Source of the DNA: Callorhinchus milii
Taxonomy: Eukaryota
Direction: 5' to 3'
DNA: 64,000 nucleotides
NCBI RefSeq assembly: GCF_018977255.1
Contig: NW_024704742.1
Span: 135,286,001 to 135,350,000, forward strand
Shown here piece by piece: positions 1 to 12,560 of this stretch (position 1 is the first letter of the stretch; every line of letters starts with the position of its first letter). The position numbers and the translations under genes are program-made. The notes beneath the pieces were generated by a model. That model saw nothing but the letters and a program-made list of their open reading frames with translations. It was not told where the DNA came from and ran no database searches.

Positions 1-409
1 TGAAGCCTTTTGAGACGTCCTCCTGATGTGAAAGGCTTCAAGTTAAATTGGGAAAAAAGGAAGTGCATCCATTTTTCTAGCGCTTTACCCATCGCAAACC
101 TCTTTCGAGGAATTATTCTCAAGTGCATGGACTGTTGGTGAACCCGGCAGACATTTTAAACACAGCAATGTCCCGCAAAGTGCCATGACTGGAGTTTGGT
201 GGGATTTAGTGAGTTAACAGTGGATTGAGGGGTGAAAGCTGGGTCAGTTTGCGGTACCCTCGATAGTTGACCAGAAGCCTGTGGGTTCAAGCAACATGTC
301 AAGGTTTTGAGTCACATTCCGGGTTAATATCCCATCTCAAGTTCAGGCAGCACCTCTGACAATGAACAGTTTCCCCCAATGCTTCCCTGGAATGTATCTC
401 TTCAACTTA

Positions 410-696
410 ATAATAATCATAACAATCTTTGCATTTGATATAGCCCCTAATCACGTGCGCTTCATGGAATATACTGTATCCCACCATCCGTTGTGGATTG
501 AGTGACCACATTTGTTTTCGAGGGATAGTTATTCCCGGAAAGCGATCCGCCAAACAACAAGGTTCCTACTTACTGCCTGGTAAGCAAAGGCGTGTGGAGT
601 CAGGAAACTTGCCTAAGTTTTCGCCCTGCCCGGGAATTGAATCCGGGTCCTCTCGTTTGAGAGACGAGTGATCTAACGAATACGCTACGGTACTCT
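410..696 (-). mobile_element. tRNA-derived SINE family A (long subfamily), internally deleted
   Basis: Reverse complement of the head (gagtaccgtagcgta...ggattcaattcccgggcagggcgaaa), the cagtaagtaggaacc segment and the tail tatatcaaatgcaaag(att)n. Confidence 0.85.
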
Positions 697-1324
697 TACC
701 TCTTTGACCGGGACTAAAGTCTCCTCCCACTTCCCCTTCTCCCTCACTTAGTGTTCAACCCCACCACAATTGTTGTTGTTGTTTTTAGCATATAAGGACT
801 CCAACACCAAACCTGCCCACAGAGAAACGGACACGAGCAGAGGGGCCCCTATTAACGTCATTGGGCTCTCTGGCTGCTCTGGACGAGTAGACCTTCCCAC
901 ATCTGAAGGCTGTCTGTCACAGACCACTGGACAAGTTATATTCTCTGTCCCACTTTCGACGTTATGGGTTGAAACATGTCTGTCTGCGAACAGCCTGAGG
1001 GCCTTTTCAGAGAGAGCTCAGCCATCTGTTTGGATGAGAGACTGGAAGCATCTCTGGACTGAAGCTAAAAGCTGCTGGTTTTGATGGAGAGATTTAAGAC
1101 CTGCACTTTTATTTTAACAATTTTTTTTAATATAATAAATAAGCTTTCAATGATTTTTCCATTTACCATCCAGAGATTTAATTTGAGCGTGTGTCTGTGT
1201 GTATATATGAATGTGCATATAAAATTCCCTTTTGTAATAATAATCCTTGTCTTTGATACATCGCTATTTCAGTCAGGAGGATGTCTTAAAGCGCTTCTCA
1301 GGATTTTACAGGTTCCTTCACAGA

Positions 1325-1760
1325 TAGCGCTCTCGCCTCTGTGTCAGAAGGTTGTGATTTCAAGCTCCACGTCGGGACTTGAAATCACATAGTCTAAGTT
1401 GACACTCCAATACAGCGCTGGGGGTATATTTAATCGTCGGAGGTGACGTCCTTTGCATAAGTCGTTAAACCGAGGTTCCGTCTGCCTGTTCACGTGGATG
1501 TTAAAGATCCCGTGGCACTATTTGAAAAGAGAAGGGAGTTTCTCTCTCCCGGTGTCCTGGCCAACAACACCCTCAAATAAAATTAGTTACTCACTGATTT
1601 GTGGGACTGTTTATGGGACACCGCTGTGCACAAAACTGGCTGTTTCTTTCCACTCACAAAATACACAGATAATCCACTTGACAGTATATCCTGAAAAGTG
1701 CTTTGAGACATCGCAACGACATGATAAATGCTATATCAGATACAAGGATTATTATTATAA
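1325..1760 (+). mobile_element. DeuSINE family B (SacSINE1/AmnSINE1-like), near full length
   Basis: Head ctcgcctctgtgtcagaaggttgtg; Deu-like core gttaaaccgagg...gtggatgttaaagatcccgtggcactatttgaa...cccggtgtcctggccaac; L2-like tail with (att)n. Family assignment is from recalled consensus, not a database search. Confidence 0.8.
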
Positions 1761-3686
1761 ATAAATGGCGGGGGGGGGGGGTAGGGGAGGCGGAGGGGGA
1801 AGGGTGGGTAAGTGGGACTGAGAGGATGGCTCTTCAAAAGAGACCCGACGGGCCAAATGGCATTGTGCTGTGCTGTAAAAGTCTGTGGTTGTATGACTCC
1901 CCGAAGCACACCGCGTGTCTAATTGTTGTGAAATAAGGTGACAGCTGTACAGCAGACAGCATCTCTCCTCTCTGGCCGGTTTGGGTGCAAAATCCTGGTT
2001 AATGCAACATGTTTGGACAGTAGCCTTGGGGATGATGCCTTTTCTGTTGCAAAAAGAAACACAGGCTCTCGAGCATCTCGGGATTCGCACAGAGGTGCTC
2101 TGCAGCATCGCTCCGCTAATTAATTCCAACCTAAGCGGGTCTCTGAATCTTTAGTCTGGCGTAAGCCTCGTGTGGCCCACGAGCAGGTTGTTACATGGAG
2201 GAGCTTTGCGGAACAAGCACTCTGCTCCTCAAAGCAGCTTCTGGGACCTGGAGGAGGTGTGTGGCAGAGGGCTGAGATTGCTCGCTGCCTTGGCAAGGCA
2301 TCAGCCAAGGAGACTTGGTTCATTCATTATCCACCTACTTCAAAGCTAGAAAGTTACAATCCCCTTGCATTTGACCCAGCACCTTTCATGTCCCGTAGCT
2401 CAGTGGTTGGAGCGAAACCTCAGGCAAGTTTGATTACTCCCCGTGCCTCTGTTTAGCTAGCAGTAAGTAGGAACCCAGTTGTTAGTCAATTGGCAGATCG
2501 CTTTCCAGGGTAATAATCCCTCTAAAAAAAATAAAAATAATAATTTGGTCACTCAATTCATGATGTTTGCGGGACACTGCTGTTGACTGACACGTTTCAC
2601 TCACAATATTCACTTCACAGTATATTCTCTATTGCTGTATCCAATGGAAGGATTATTAATATTACTGTTATTTTATCAATTATTAAAAATAATAAACAGA
2701 CAAAGTTACTTAAAAGTCCGGATGATTCTGACAGATCCCCTTAATGACAGATAATAGCCGGGGCACAATTGCTACTTTCAGATAGGAAGGACGGCACTTC
2801 TGAAGATACAGTGCCCCTCCACCGACCCCCCACCCCCACCCCCACCAATACCACACTGAGTGTCAACCTAGACTTTGAGTTCCAATTCCCCAATTTGGGT
2901 CTTGAATCCATGACCTCCTGACCCAGAGGCGAGTGAGCAACTAACGGAGTAAAGCTTGAACACTTAAAAAGGCAAAATCACAAGACTGAGTGGATTTAAT
3001 AATAATCACGACGATGATTATAATAATCCTTCCATTGGTGTTGATTGGTGTCTCAAAGCGCTGCACAGGAATTACTGTAAAGTGCGGTGACTGTATTTTG
3101 TAGGAAAACATGGCGATCAATTCATTTTACAGTGTATCCTGTGAAGCGCATTGAGATGTCTCGAAGATTTGAGAAGACGCTATATCAAATGCAAGGATTA
3201 TTATTATTATTGGAGCATCAACATAGCCTGTGCGAGCTCAAAGTGGGTTTGAACCCACAACCTCCAGCCTCAGAGGCGAGAGTGCGACTGACTGAGCCAG
3301 GCTGACACATGATGCGTTTGCGCTGACCTGACAAACTGGCTATCACAAGGATCTGACCAGAATCATTATGTTTCTGTACGTTGCCTATTTGTGTCAGTTA
3401 GTTAAATGCCTGTTCAGTAGCGAGTGCACATGATTCATTTATTGTTGTCCAAAACAGATGTTCTCGATAGTAGACCCTGCAGGTATCTGTTTGGAGATTA
3501 GTGATGCTTCACATGGCTCTACATCAGAAGAAGTGTATGTGCAATTACATTACCCACGCTCAGTCTGACTCCCCCGATGGTTCAGAGGTTTCATTCAGTG
3601 GCTTTGCTGAGCCTTTCGGTCCACGAGGATCCCAGGCTTGTTCCGTGGTCTGTGCTGACTTTGCTCACCTGTCAGCCTAGTTCATT

Positions 3687-4066
3687 GGAATCTCCGTGGT
3701 GTGGTGGTTCGGGCGTTCACCTCGCAAAAGAGGGGACCCGGGTTCGATTCCCGGGCCGGGTCGGGCCGGGCGAAACCTTAGACAACTTTCCTTACTCCGC
3801 ACGTCTCTGTTTACCTAGCAGTAAGTAAGAACCCGGTTGTTGGTCGATCTGTGGATTGCTTTCCGAGGGTAACAATCCCTTGAAAAAAATCACTCAATCT
3901 ATGATTGTTTGTGGGACGCTGCTGTGCGCAATTGGCTGCCTCGTTTTGCCCACCAAATGCCTCGTCAATCCACTTTACAATATATTCGGTGAAGCCCTTT
4001 GTGACGTCTCAACGACGTGATAAGACGCTATATGAAATTCAAGAATTATTATTATTATTATTATTA
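3687..4066 (+). mobile_element. SINE family A, long subfamily
   Basis: B box ggttcgattccc, ctctgtttacctagcagtaagtaag segment, Deu-like 3' half, (att)n tail. Confidence 0.85.
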
Positions 4067-4607
4067 TTCTCTTCTCGGGTTACCTCCAATAATAAAATTA
4101 ATAATAATATTAGCGCTCATGGCTTTTGGAAATAATGGGCCAAGCGTGAGTTGGCTTTGATCCCAGCTATCTCTTCTTCACTCCCATCCACGTAAGCCCT
4201 GTCCAAACCGCTGCACCACTCAGGGTCCTGAGGGGGCTTTTGCTCCAGATGGTCACAAGGCCCAGAGAGGGATGAGCGATGGTGCAGGTCTGTGAACTCG
4301 CCTCGGGACGAGGAGGGTTTCTAGGCACAAGAGCCCCAATCGGAATCCTCTGAGACTTCAGACGTTCGCGAGAGGCAATAGACCCGCTGCGGTGGTATTT
4401 CGGGAAGCGTTGCTTTTTGCTACGCCTGCCTGCCTGCCTCTTGAGGCGTTGGCTATGTGCCCAGATTAATAGCTGCCCCAGTTGGCCAAGTCAATAACAA
4501 TCCTCAAAGTACAACAATCCTCGCATTTTGCGTATCAGGAGGATGCCTCAAAGCGCTTCACGGGATGCACTGTAAAATGCAGTGACTGCGTGTTTTGTAG
4601 GCAAAGC

Positions 4608-4918
4608 GTGGCGTTCTGTAGCGAAGTGGTTAGACCGCTGGCCTGGCGAGCGAGAGGATTCGAATCCCGGGCCAGGGCGAAACCTTAGACAAGTTTCCTT
4701 ACTTCTCACACCTCACTAGGTAGCAGTAAGTAGGAACCAGGTTGTTAATCGAATGGAGGTTCTGACGGTAATGATCCCTGAAAAAAAAAGAGGTCACTCA
4801 AACCACGAGTGTTTGTGGGGCACTGCTGTTCGCAATTGACTGCCGCATTTCAGCCATAAAATATACAGTCAATTCACTTTACAGTATATTCCGTGAAGCA
4901 GTTTGTGTGAGACATCTC
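4608..4918 (+). mobile_element. SINE family A, long subfamily, tail truncated
   Basis: Head gttctgtagcgaagtggttaga...ttcgaatcccgg; body matches other copies in the window. Confidence 0.8.
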
Positions 4919-4919
4919 A

Positions 4920-5280
4920 TCTCTAATTGAAACCGATTTAACCATTTGGAGACACGGTATAATGAGGAGAGTGTAATTCTGCCTCAAATCAACATTTTAG
5001 CCATTAACACCCAGTAGCTGATGGCACTTTACACTGCATTAGTTCAAACTATATTACCCACAGCGTCTCTCACTGAGCCGCGATCATTTGCGATACGTTT
5101 AAGCGCAGTTTAAATGGCTTCGCAATTAGCAGCGACGGAGGAGATATGCAATGAGTGTTTCCGCAGACATCTTCCCAAATTGAATAGGTTCCTGAAATGT
5201 CGCTGCCCAGCTCGTTCACATCATAAAGCAAACATAAACCTGTGAGTCTGTATTCTCACTCAAGACAATCAGTCAATGAT
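4920..5280. promoter_or_regulatory. Candidate conserved non-coding element/enhancer
   Basis: Island with no recognisable repeat, multiple TAAT/ATTA motifs and locally retained CpGs; no recognisable ORF. Inference only. Confidence 0.3.
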
Positions 5281-5569
5281 AATAATGTGATTTTTTTCCC
5301 CTCCCTCCCTCCCTCCCTCCCATTTTTTATAATAATAATCCTTGCATTTGATACCGCGCCTTATCACGTTGTTGAGACGTCTCAAAGCACTTCACAGATT
5401 ATTCTGTAAAGCGGAGTGACTGTGTATTTTGTGGGAGCAACATGGCAGACAATTATACCAGAACATAAGAATTGCTGGACGAAAAAACAGACCAATTGCG
5501 CACAATTGTCCTACAATTGTCCCACAAATAGTCATGGATTGACTGATTAATTTAAACAAAAACATTTTG

Positions 5570-5880
5570 AGTGGAGAAAATCCAGAACAGAGGGGGGAGG
5601 CATAATCTTCAAATTAGAGCTGGGTCATTCAGGAGTGAAATTAGGAGGCAGTTTTTCTTCCAAAAAGGCTAATGGAAATCTAGAGCTCTCCCAAAAGGCT
5701 GTGGATGCTGCACCCATTCACATTTTAAAGGCTGAGGTGGATAGAGGTTGGTTAGCTCAGGGTATCAAGGGATATGGAGCAAAGGCGGGTAAATGGAGTT
5801 GAGGTACAGATCAGCCCTGATCTAATAGCATGGCAGAACTGGCTTGAGGGGCTGAATGGCCTCCTCCTATGTTCCTATGT
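5570..5880 (+). mobile_element. CR1 LINE 3' fragment
   Basis: Typical CR1 3' end: gaggggctgaatggcctcctcctatgttcctatgt preceded by the ORF2 C-terminal remnant. Confidence 0.8.
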
Positions 5881-8487
5881 GTCTGTCTGTCAATCCATGC
5901 ATTCCTCTCTCCTGTCTAGGTGTCTGTTTGTCTTCCCTCCCTCCCTCCCTCCCTCCCCCCCTTCCTCTCTCCCTCCCTCAAACAGTGTGGAGACATGCAA
6001 TAGCAAATGCATTGATATTGCGCCTTTCACATCAGGCGGACGTCCTAAGGCGCTGGAAAATTAGGGGTTCGCACCCGAGCTGCCGGTCGGTATCAGAGAG
6101 GGGTGGAGGGCAAGGGTGGGGGAGAGGAGGAGGGAAGGTGACTGACAGCACGGTTGGAAAGGAAGATCACACCATTGCCCCACGACAGTCCAGTGCAGCA
6201 GTGGGGAGCTCTGATTTGTCAGGACTGCCAATAAGCGACATCCCAAAGTGCTTCACAGGATATGTTGTGAAGGCTAGTGACTGTGTGTTTAGAAGGGGCT
6301 TGTCGACTGGGACATCTCGGAAAAACTCGCAGAACGCCCAGTCACTACACATGACAGTAACTATTTTAAGACAACCTCCCGGGGGTGTGTGTGTGGGGGT
6401 GCTGGGTGGGGGGTGAACTTGGCTATATCAAGGATTATTATCGTTTGCAAAAAAAAGTTGCTTTCCCTCCCTCGCTCCCTTTCCCCCCCCCCCCATTTAC
6501 GCCATCTGATTGCTCAGCACTGAAAACATTTCCAAGCCACGGCTGGGCTGTTAAGCGCCTCGGGACGACCTCCCCACGTGAAAAGAGGCATCTCAACGGC
6601 GTGATAAGGCGCTGTATCAGATGCAAGGATTATTTATTGTTATTTAAAGGTGATTTATTAACACCAATCTGTATTGTATTGTATTTCCGCCCCCCTGTGG
6701 CTGTTTCCAAGCACTACAGTGGCAGCTCTGCTTCACATCTGGACCTCACAGGACACATGTTACAAGCGGGAGATCTTACATCTCCCCTGTGTGTCCCGAC
6801 CAACGCGCTCTCCCTCTCCCCCCAAAACACACAGTCACTGCACTTTGTACATTAAATCCCATGAAGTGCTTTCGGGACGTCCCCCCGATGAGAAAGGCAG
6901 GCGCTTCATCAAGTTTCAGGATTATTCTTATTGTTATAAATAAAATCAGTCATTCAGATCGCTGTGCGCAAATCGGGTGCCGCCTTTCGCCCACAAAACA
7001 GTCACTGCACTTTACAGTGTATCCTGTGAAGCACTTTGAGATCTCCCCCGACCTGAAAGGCACTATATCAAATATAAGGATTACTATTGTTTATTAGAGG
7101 GAGTTGGAAACTTACACGAACAGATGATTCCTTGAAAACTATTCATTTGATAGTTTTTGTCTGCAGACTGCAGGAGCATTTGCGTTTGATGCAGTGCCTT
7201 TCACAGGATTTTAACCAACAAATGTAGTGACTGTTTATTTTGTGGTTGATCGCGGTAGCCAATTTTCACGGTAATGTCCCCACAAATAGATGTGAAGCGA
7301 ATACCGACTGTTATGATTAATAATAATCCTTGAATTGGATACAGCGCCTTATCGGGTCATCGATACGTCTCAAAGTGCTTCACAGGATGTACTGTAAAGT
7401 GGAGTGACCGTGTATTTTGTGGGCGAAACACAGCAGCACAGCAACATCCCACAAAAAAAGCCATGGAGCCATCCATCAGGTGAGACATTAAACCAGGGAT
7501 TATTCAGGTGGACATTAAAAATCCCAGGCGTTACTTGAAAAGAGAAAGGAGTTCCTCCCAGTGTCCAGACCGACAAGCCCCGAATAATAAAAAAATGGTC
7601 ATTTCACTTCATTGCTGTTTTGTGGGACATTGCTCTGTGCAATTTGGCTGCTGTAATTGCCTACGAACTACACAGTCACTGTACACCACAGTATGTTCTG
7701 TGACGTGCCTTGAGAGCTTTGAACGACGTGATAAGGAGCGATATCAAATGCAAGGATAATTATTATTTTTAGAGGTAACTTGAGAAGAGAAGAGACGGAT
7801 TACAAATGGACCATAAATTTTTCATAAAATCTCTAGTATCGGAATGAGACAAAGAGCAGATGGATTTATTAAGGGGAAACGTATAAGATTTTCCATCCAT
7901 TACCCCAAATTGCTTTACTTTACAGCATGTTAGATATTTTAGATAGCGATGAATCTTTCTGGGATAAATAATAATATTAATAATAATAATAATAATAATA
8001 ATAACCCTTGTATTCCACGCAGTCGAAACGCTTCACGAAAATTTAACAGCAACAACAACTTGCGCCCCTCACACAGAGTATTGTCTTAGAGCGCTTAACT
8101 TACTATGAAGTGTAGTGACTGTGTATTTGGTAGGTGAACACGGTATTCCATTTGCATGTAGCAACGTATCACAAACAACCGTGAAGTGAATGGCCAATTT
8201 TATTTGGGTTATTGGTTAGCAAACTGGGAGAAACTCCCTTCTCCTTTCGTGAGAGCTACAACATCCACTCGATAAGGTAGGCGGGGACCATGGTTGAACA
8301 GCTCATTGCCTTTAAGTTCCACGTGGGGAGTTTGAGCTCAATTCCAGGCTGATGCTCCAGTGAGGTGCTGGGGGTGGGGGGCTGCATTGTCAGAGGCACC
8401 ATCCTTCGTTTCAGACGTTAAACCGAGGCTCTGTCTGTACCTGTTCAGGTGGATATTAAGGATCCCCACAATGCTGCTTGAGAAGTC

Positions 8488-8919
8488 GCACCCCCATCAC
8501 ACCAGTCCGCGCCAGCTCCCCATCACAGAACGGATCGACTTCAAGATCCTCACAATCATCTGCAAATCCCCTCACTCCCTAGTACCTCCCTGCCTCTCCG
8601 ACCTGCTTACCCCCCAATCCACCGCCCGCCACCTGTGCACGACTGGCTCCAACCTTCCGCTTGTTCCTCATTCCCTCCGCTTCACCATTGGCAGTCGTAC
8701 TTTCAGCCACTATGCTCAGAAGCTCTGGAACTCTCTCCCTCAATCCCTCCGGTGGACCCCTTCCTTCCCATTTTCATATCACCCCTTAAGACCTTCCTCT
8801 TCGACCTTACCTACGATCACCTCTCCCCCCCCATCCCCCCGGCTCGGTGTGGGGCTCCACCACTTGTTAAGCGCTTCGTGAGGGAAGTACGCTGTATTGT
8901 GGTTGGTTATTGTTGTTGT
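8488..8919 (+). mobile_element. L2 LINE 3' fragment
   Basis: Translation ...LPITERIDFKILTI...RTFSHYAQKLWNSLP; tail ending in (gtt)n. Confidence 0.85.
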
Positions 8920-9384
8920 CCTCCTTGTGTGGAAGGCGCTGGGTCAAGTGCAAGGATTGCTACGTTGTTCTGAGCCCTTCCCCATCCCAGAAGCCACCAT
9001 CCAGTGAATAAACATCGCATCACAGCAATGCCCCAGCTGACAATTCACAGCCCAGGCTGAAACACGCTGAACGAAGGGCAAATGCCACAGGCTGACTCGC
9101 ACTGGGGACTAGCCGAGAGTGTGTCCTCTAGCTGTGGGGAGGTTGGGGGCTGGGGGGATAAGGAAAGGGAGCGGTGGTGGGAGCGAGAGGGGGGCATGTA
9201 AAATTCAAACCTTCTGCTCTCTGCTCGTGATTTCTTTCTGGATGTCACAAGCAGTAAACTTGAGATCTCCCACGCTATTTGCCTTATTCATGAGTGGGTC
9301 CGGAGGGAGCGGTGATGGCTGCTGTACCTGAGAATTCCTCGCCACTGATGTGCCAGCATCTTTAGTCACAAACGAGGCACTAAC

Positions 9385-9860
9385 GGAATCCTGTAGCGTA
9401 GTGGTTAGAGCATTCGCCTCGCAAGCGAGAGGACCCAGGTTCAAATCCCGCCTTAGGCAAGTTTCCTTACACCACACGTCTCTGTTTACCGAGCAGTAAG
9501 CAGGAACCTGGTTGTTATTCAATTGGCTGATCGCTTTCTGGCGGTAATAATCCATTAAAAATAGTAAATAGTGAATCAGACAGACAGACAGACAAGTAAG
9601 TAAGTAAATTTGGTCACTCAATCCATGACTGTTTGTGAGACGCTGCTGTAAGCAATTGGCTTGTGATCCTTGCATTTGATATCATGTCTTCGAGATGTCT
9701 CAAAGCACTTCACAGAATATACTGTAAGTAAATTGACTGTATATTTTGAGAGTTTGCGAGTTTTGCCCACAAAAATACAGTATATTCTGTGAAGCACTTT
9801 GAGACATCTCAATGGCATAATAAGGCGCTGTATCAAATGCGAGGATTATTATTATTATTA
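9385..9860 (+). mobile_element. SINE family A with an inverted SINE tail nested inside
   Basis: Head ggaatcctgtagcgtagtggttagagc; minus-strand tail at ~9665-9747; plus-strand tail resumes ~9760. Confidence 0.8.
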
Positions 9861-9861
9861 T

Positions 9862-10290
9862 CGACCAAGATCCTCACCCTTGTCTCGACTTCAAGATCCT
9901 CACCCTTGTCTCGACTTCAAGATCCTCACCCTTGTCTTCAAATCCCTCCACTCCTCTGCACCCCCTGACCTCTCTGATCTCCTCTCTTCTCAAAACAGTG
10001 CCCGTTGCCTTCGTTCCTCTGGGTCTGGCCTCCTCCTTGTCCCCCGAATCCTCTGCTCCACCCTCAGCCACTATGCCCCGAGGCTCTGGAACTCCCTTCC
10101 TCACTCCCTTTGCCTCGTTCCCTCCCTTCCTAAATTCAGGTCTCTGCTGAAGACCTTTCTTTTTGACCGCGCTTATGGTCACCTTCCCCCCCCCCCCCCC
10201 CCCCCCTGGCTCGGCCCCGTGATCTGTTACTGTGAAGCGCTCTGACATGCCGTCCGGAGTGGAGGGCGCTATATAAATACAAGTTATTGT
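9862..10290 (+). mobile_element. L2 LINE 3' fragment with a triplicated 5' junction
   Basis: DFKILTLVFKSLH...SHYAPRLWNSLP...LKTFLFDRAY; L2 tail gagggcgctatataaatacaagttattgttg. Confidence 0.9.
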
Positions 10291-10812
10291 TGTATTATTA
10301 TTATAGCAATCCTACCCTTTCTGTTGTCTGTCAGCAAACAACCAGCCCGGGTTTTAATCTGCTGACGTTCGCATCTTTAGCTGGAAAAAATATCGCAAGG
10401 TACGCACATCTTAATTGCACCTTTAAACCACCGTCTGATATGGATTTCAGATAATGCCTTTGTAAGCAAACATGAACCTCGGTGAAAGAGTTCCTGCCTG
10501 GTTCGGTTTCTAAAGTCCCTGTTTCCCAATTATCCTTGTACGTTGTTTGTATTTTCACTCCGCCCCCTCGCTTGCATTTTCCTTTCACTCTGGGGTAAGA
10601 GCCAATTAAAAAAATCATCCAGTGGAATTTCTCAATCACCTGTGATCTCTCCACCATCGCCACTCCCCTCCCGCGCCTACAACCCCAACTCGTATCCACT
10701 CCACACGCACCCCCCGCGCCCCCCACCACCCTGTCAATTAGGGGGAGGGAGCAGATGGAATTGTCATCTAGGACACTGGGAGAAACTCGCTTCTCTTTTC
10801 TAACGCCCTGGG

Positions 10813-12560
10813 ACAACAACAACAACAACACCGTCCTCCACCCAGGGAAGCGTCTCAGAGCGCTTAACAGTGACGGAGCCTGACTCTGAACTGGGTGGAG
10901 GGGGGAGGTGGCAGTGAGCACGGTCGAAAGTCAGGAAAGTCTTCAGGCGGGACTTAAAAGATGGGAGAGAGTGGGCAAGACGGAAGGATTGAGAGAGAGA
11001 GAGCGTTACAAAGTTTTGGGGCGTAGTGGCTGAAAGCGCGACCTCTGATGGTGGGGCGGAGGGTGTGAAGGACGAGCAGGAGGCCGGTGCCAGTCGAGCA
11101 GAGGTGTCGGGTGGTGGATTGGGGAGTGAGGAGGTGGGAGAGGTAGGGAGGTGCCGGGGAGTGAAGAGATTTGAACACGAGTGTGAGGATCTTGAAGTCG
11201 ATCCATTCGGTGATGGGGAGCCAGTGGAGCCTGGGCCAGAACTGGTGAGATATGCGTAGGGAGTTTGGTCCGGGTCAGTATGCGGGCAGCAAAGTTCTGC
11301 ATGAGCTGAATCTTGTAAATGGTGGAGTTGGAGAGACCAGTGAAGAGTGCGTTAGAATAATCCGGGCGGGAGGTGACAAATGCATGCACAAGGGTTTTAA
11401 TCCTTGCATTTGATATAGCGCTTTTCACGTCAGGAGGACGTCCCAAAGCGCTTCACAGAACACACTGTAAAGTGAATTGACTGTATATTTGTGGGCGAAC
11501 GCGGCAGCCAATTGCGCACAGCAATGTCCTACAAACAGTCGTAGATTGAAAATGACCAATTTAATTATTGTTTTGGGTTTTTTGGAGGGATTATTATTAG
11601 GCTCTGTGTGGAGTAAGGAAACGTGCCCAAGGTTTCACCCTCTGCCTGGAATTGAACTCAGGTCTCTCACTTGCAAAGCGAGTGTTCTAACCACTGAGTT
11701 ACAGGACTCCACAAAGTACTGGTTGTTGCAGAATGCATAATAAGTTTTAAGACATGACTGGATTTGGGGTAAGGTACGGTCAGAGGCAGGCATTGTGGCG
11801 GAGGTGTAACAAAGCAGTCCTGGTCAGGGATCAGATGGGGTAAGGAAGGACGGTCGAACTGGATGCCGAGGTTGCGCACTGGTTCGACGAGTGTGAGGGA
11901 GAGCCCAGGGAGGTTGAGGAGTTTAGAACCACAGGAGTGAAGACGTTGACTTGAGCCAAGGAGTATGGCTTCCGTCTTGTCCATATGGCATATTAGGCAT
12001 GTGGCGTAAGATATGATAATAATCCTCCAAGAAAAAAAATTAATAAATTGGTCATTTCAATCCACGACTGTTTGTGGGACCCTCCTGTGCGCAATTGGCT
12101 GCCGCATTTTGCCCCCAAATATACGGTCAATTCACTTTACAGTCTATTCTGTATGCGCTTTCAGACGTCTAGAAGACATGAAAAGCGCTATATCAAATGC
12201 AAGATTATTATTATTATAAGGAAACTTGCCCAAGGTTTCGCCCTGTCTGGAATTGAACCCAGGTGTCTCGCTTGCAAGGCGAGTGCTACAGGACTCTCAT
12301 CCAGGCTCTGATGTCTGCCAGACAAGCTGATAGAACATCGCAGGCCTGGAGTTGGTACTGAAGGAGGCAAAGTGAGGCTAAGGAGGGAAGATTACCCTGT
12401 GTTTGCGGATGATAATATAGATATAGATAAGGAACAGAATAGGGCCAAGGATGGAACCCTGGAATACCCAACAGGTGACCAGGCAAGAACGGGAGGAGAA
12501 ACTATTTGCTGAGATGAAGTGGGAGGTGGTTGATTAAGTAGGACTTGAACCATGCGAGTG
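10813..12560 (-). mobile_element. Fragmented L2 LINE interrupted by SINE A insertions (11397-11712 and 11992-12296)
   Basis: Minus translations KTLVHAFVTSRPDYSNALF, DKTEAILLGS...VRNLGIQFD and CLADIRAWM lie in L2 ORF2 order; (aac)n tail at 10813. Confidence 0.85.
11397..11712 (-). mobile_element. SINE family A, short (younger) subfamily, full length
   Basis: Near-identical reverse complement of the 24024-24355 copy. Confidence 0.92.

Noticed and set aside
1768..1810. G-rich runs as functional G-quadruplexes (also ~30830, 31300, 58705)
   Set aside because: Common low-complexity or LINE-derived tracts with no additional support
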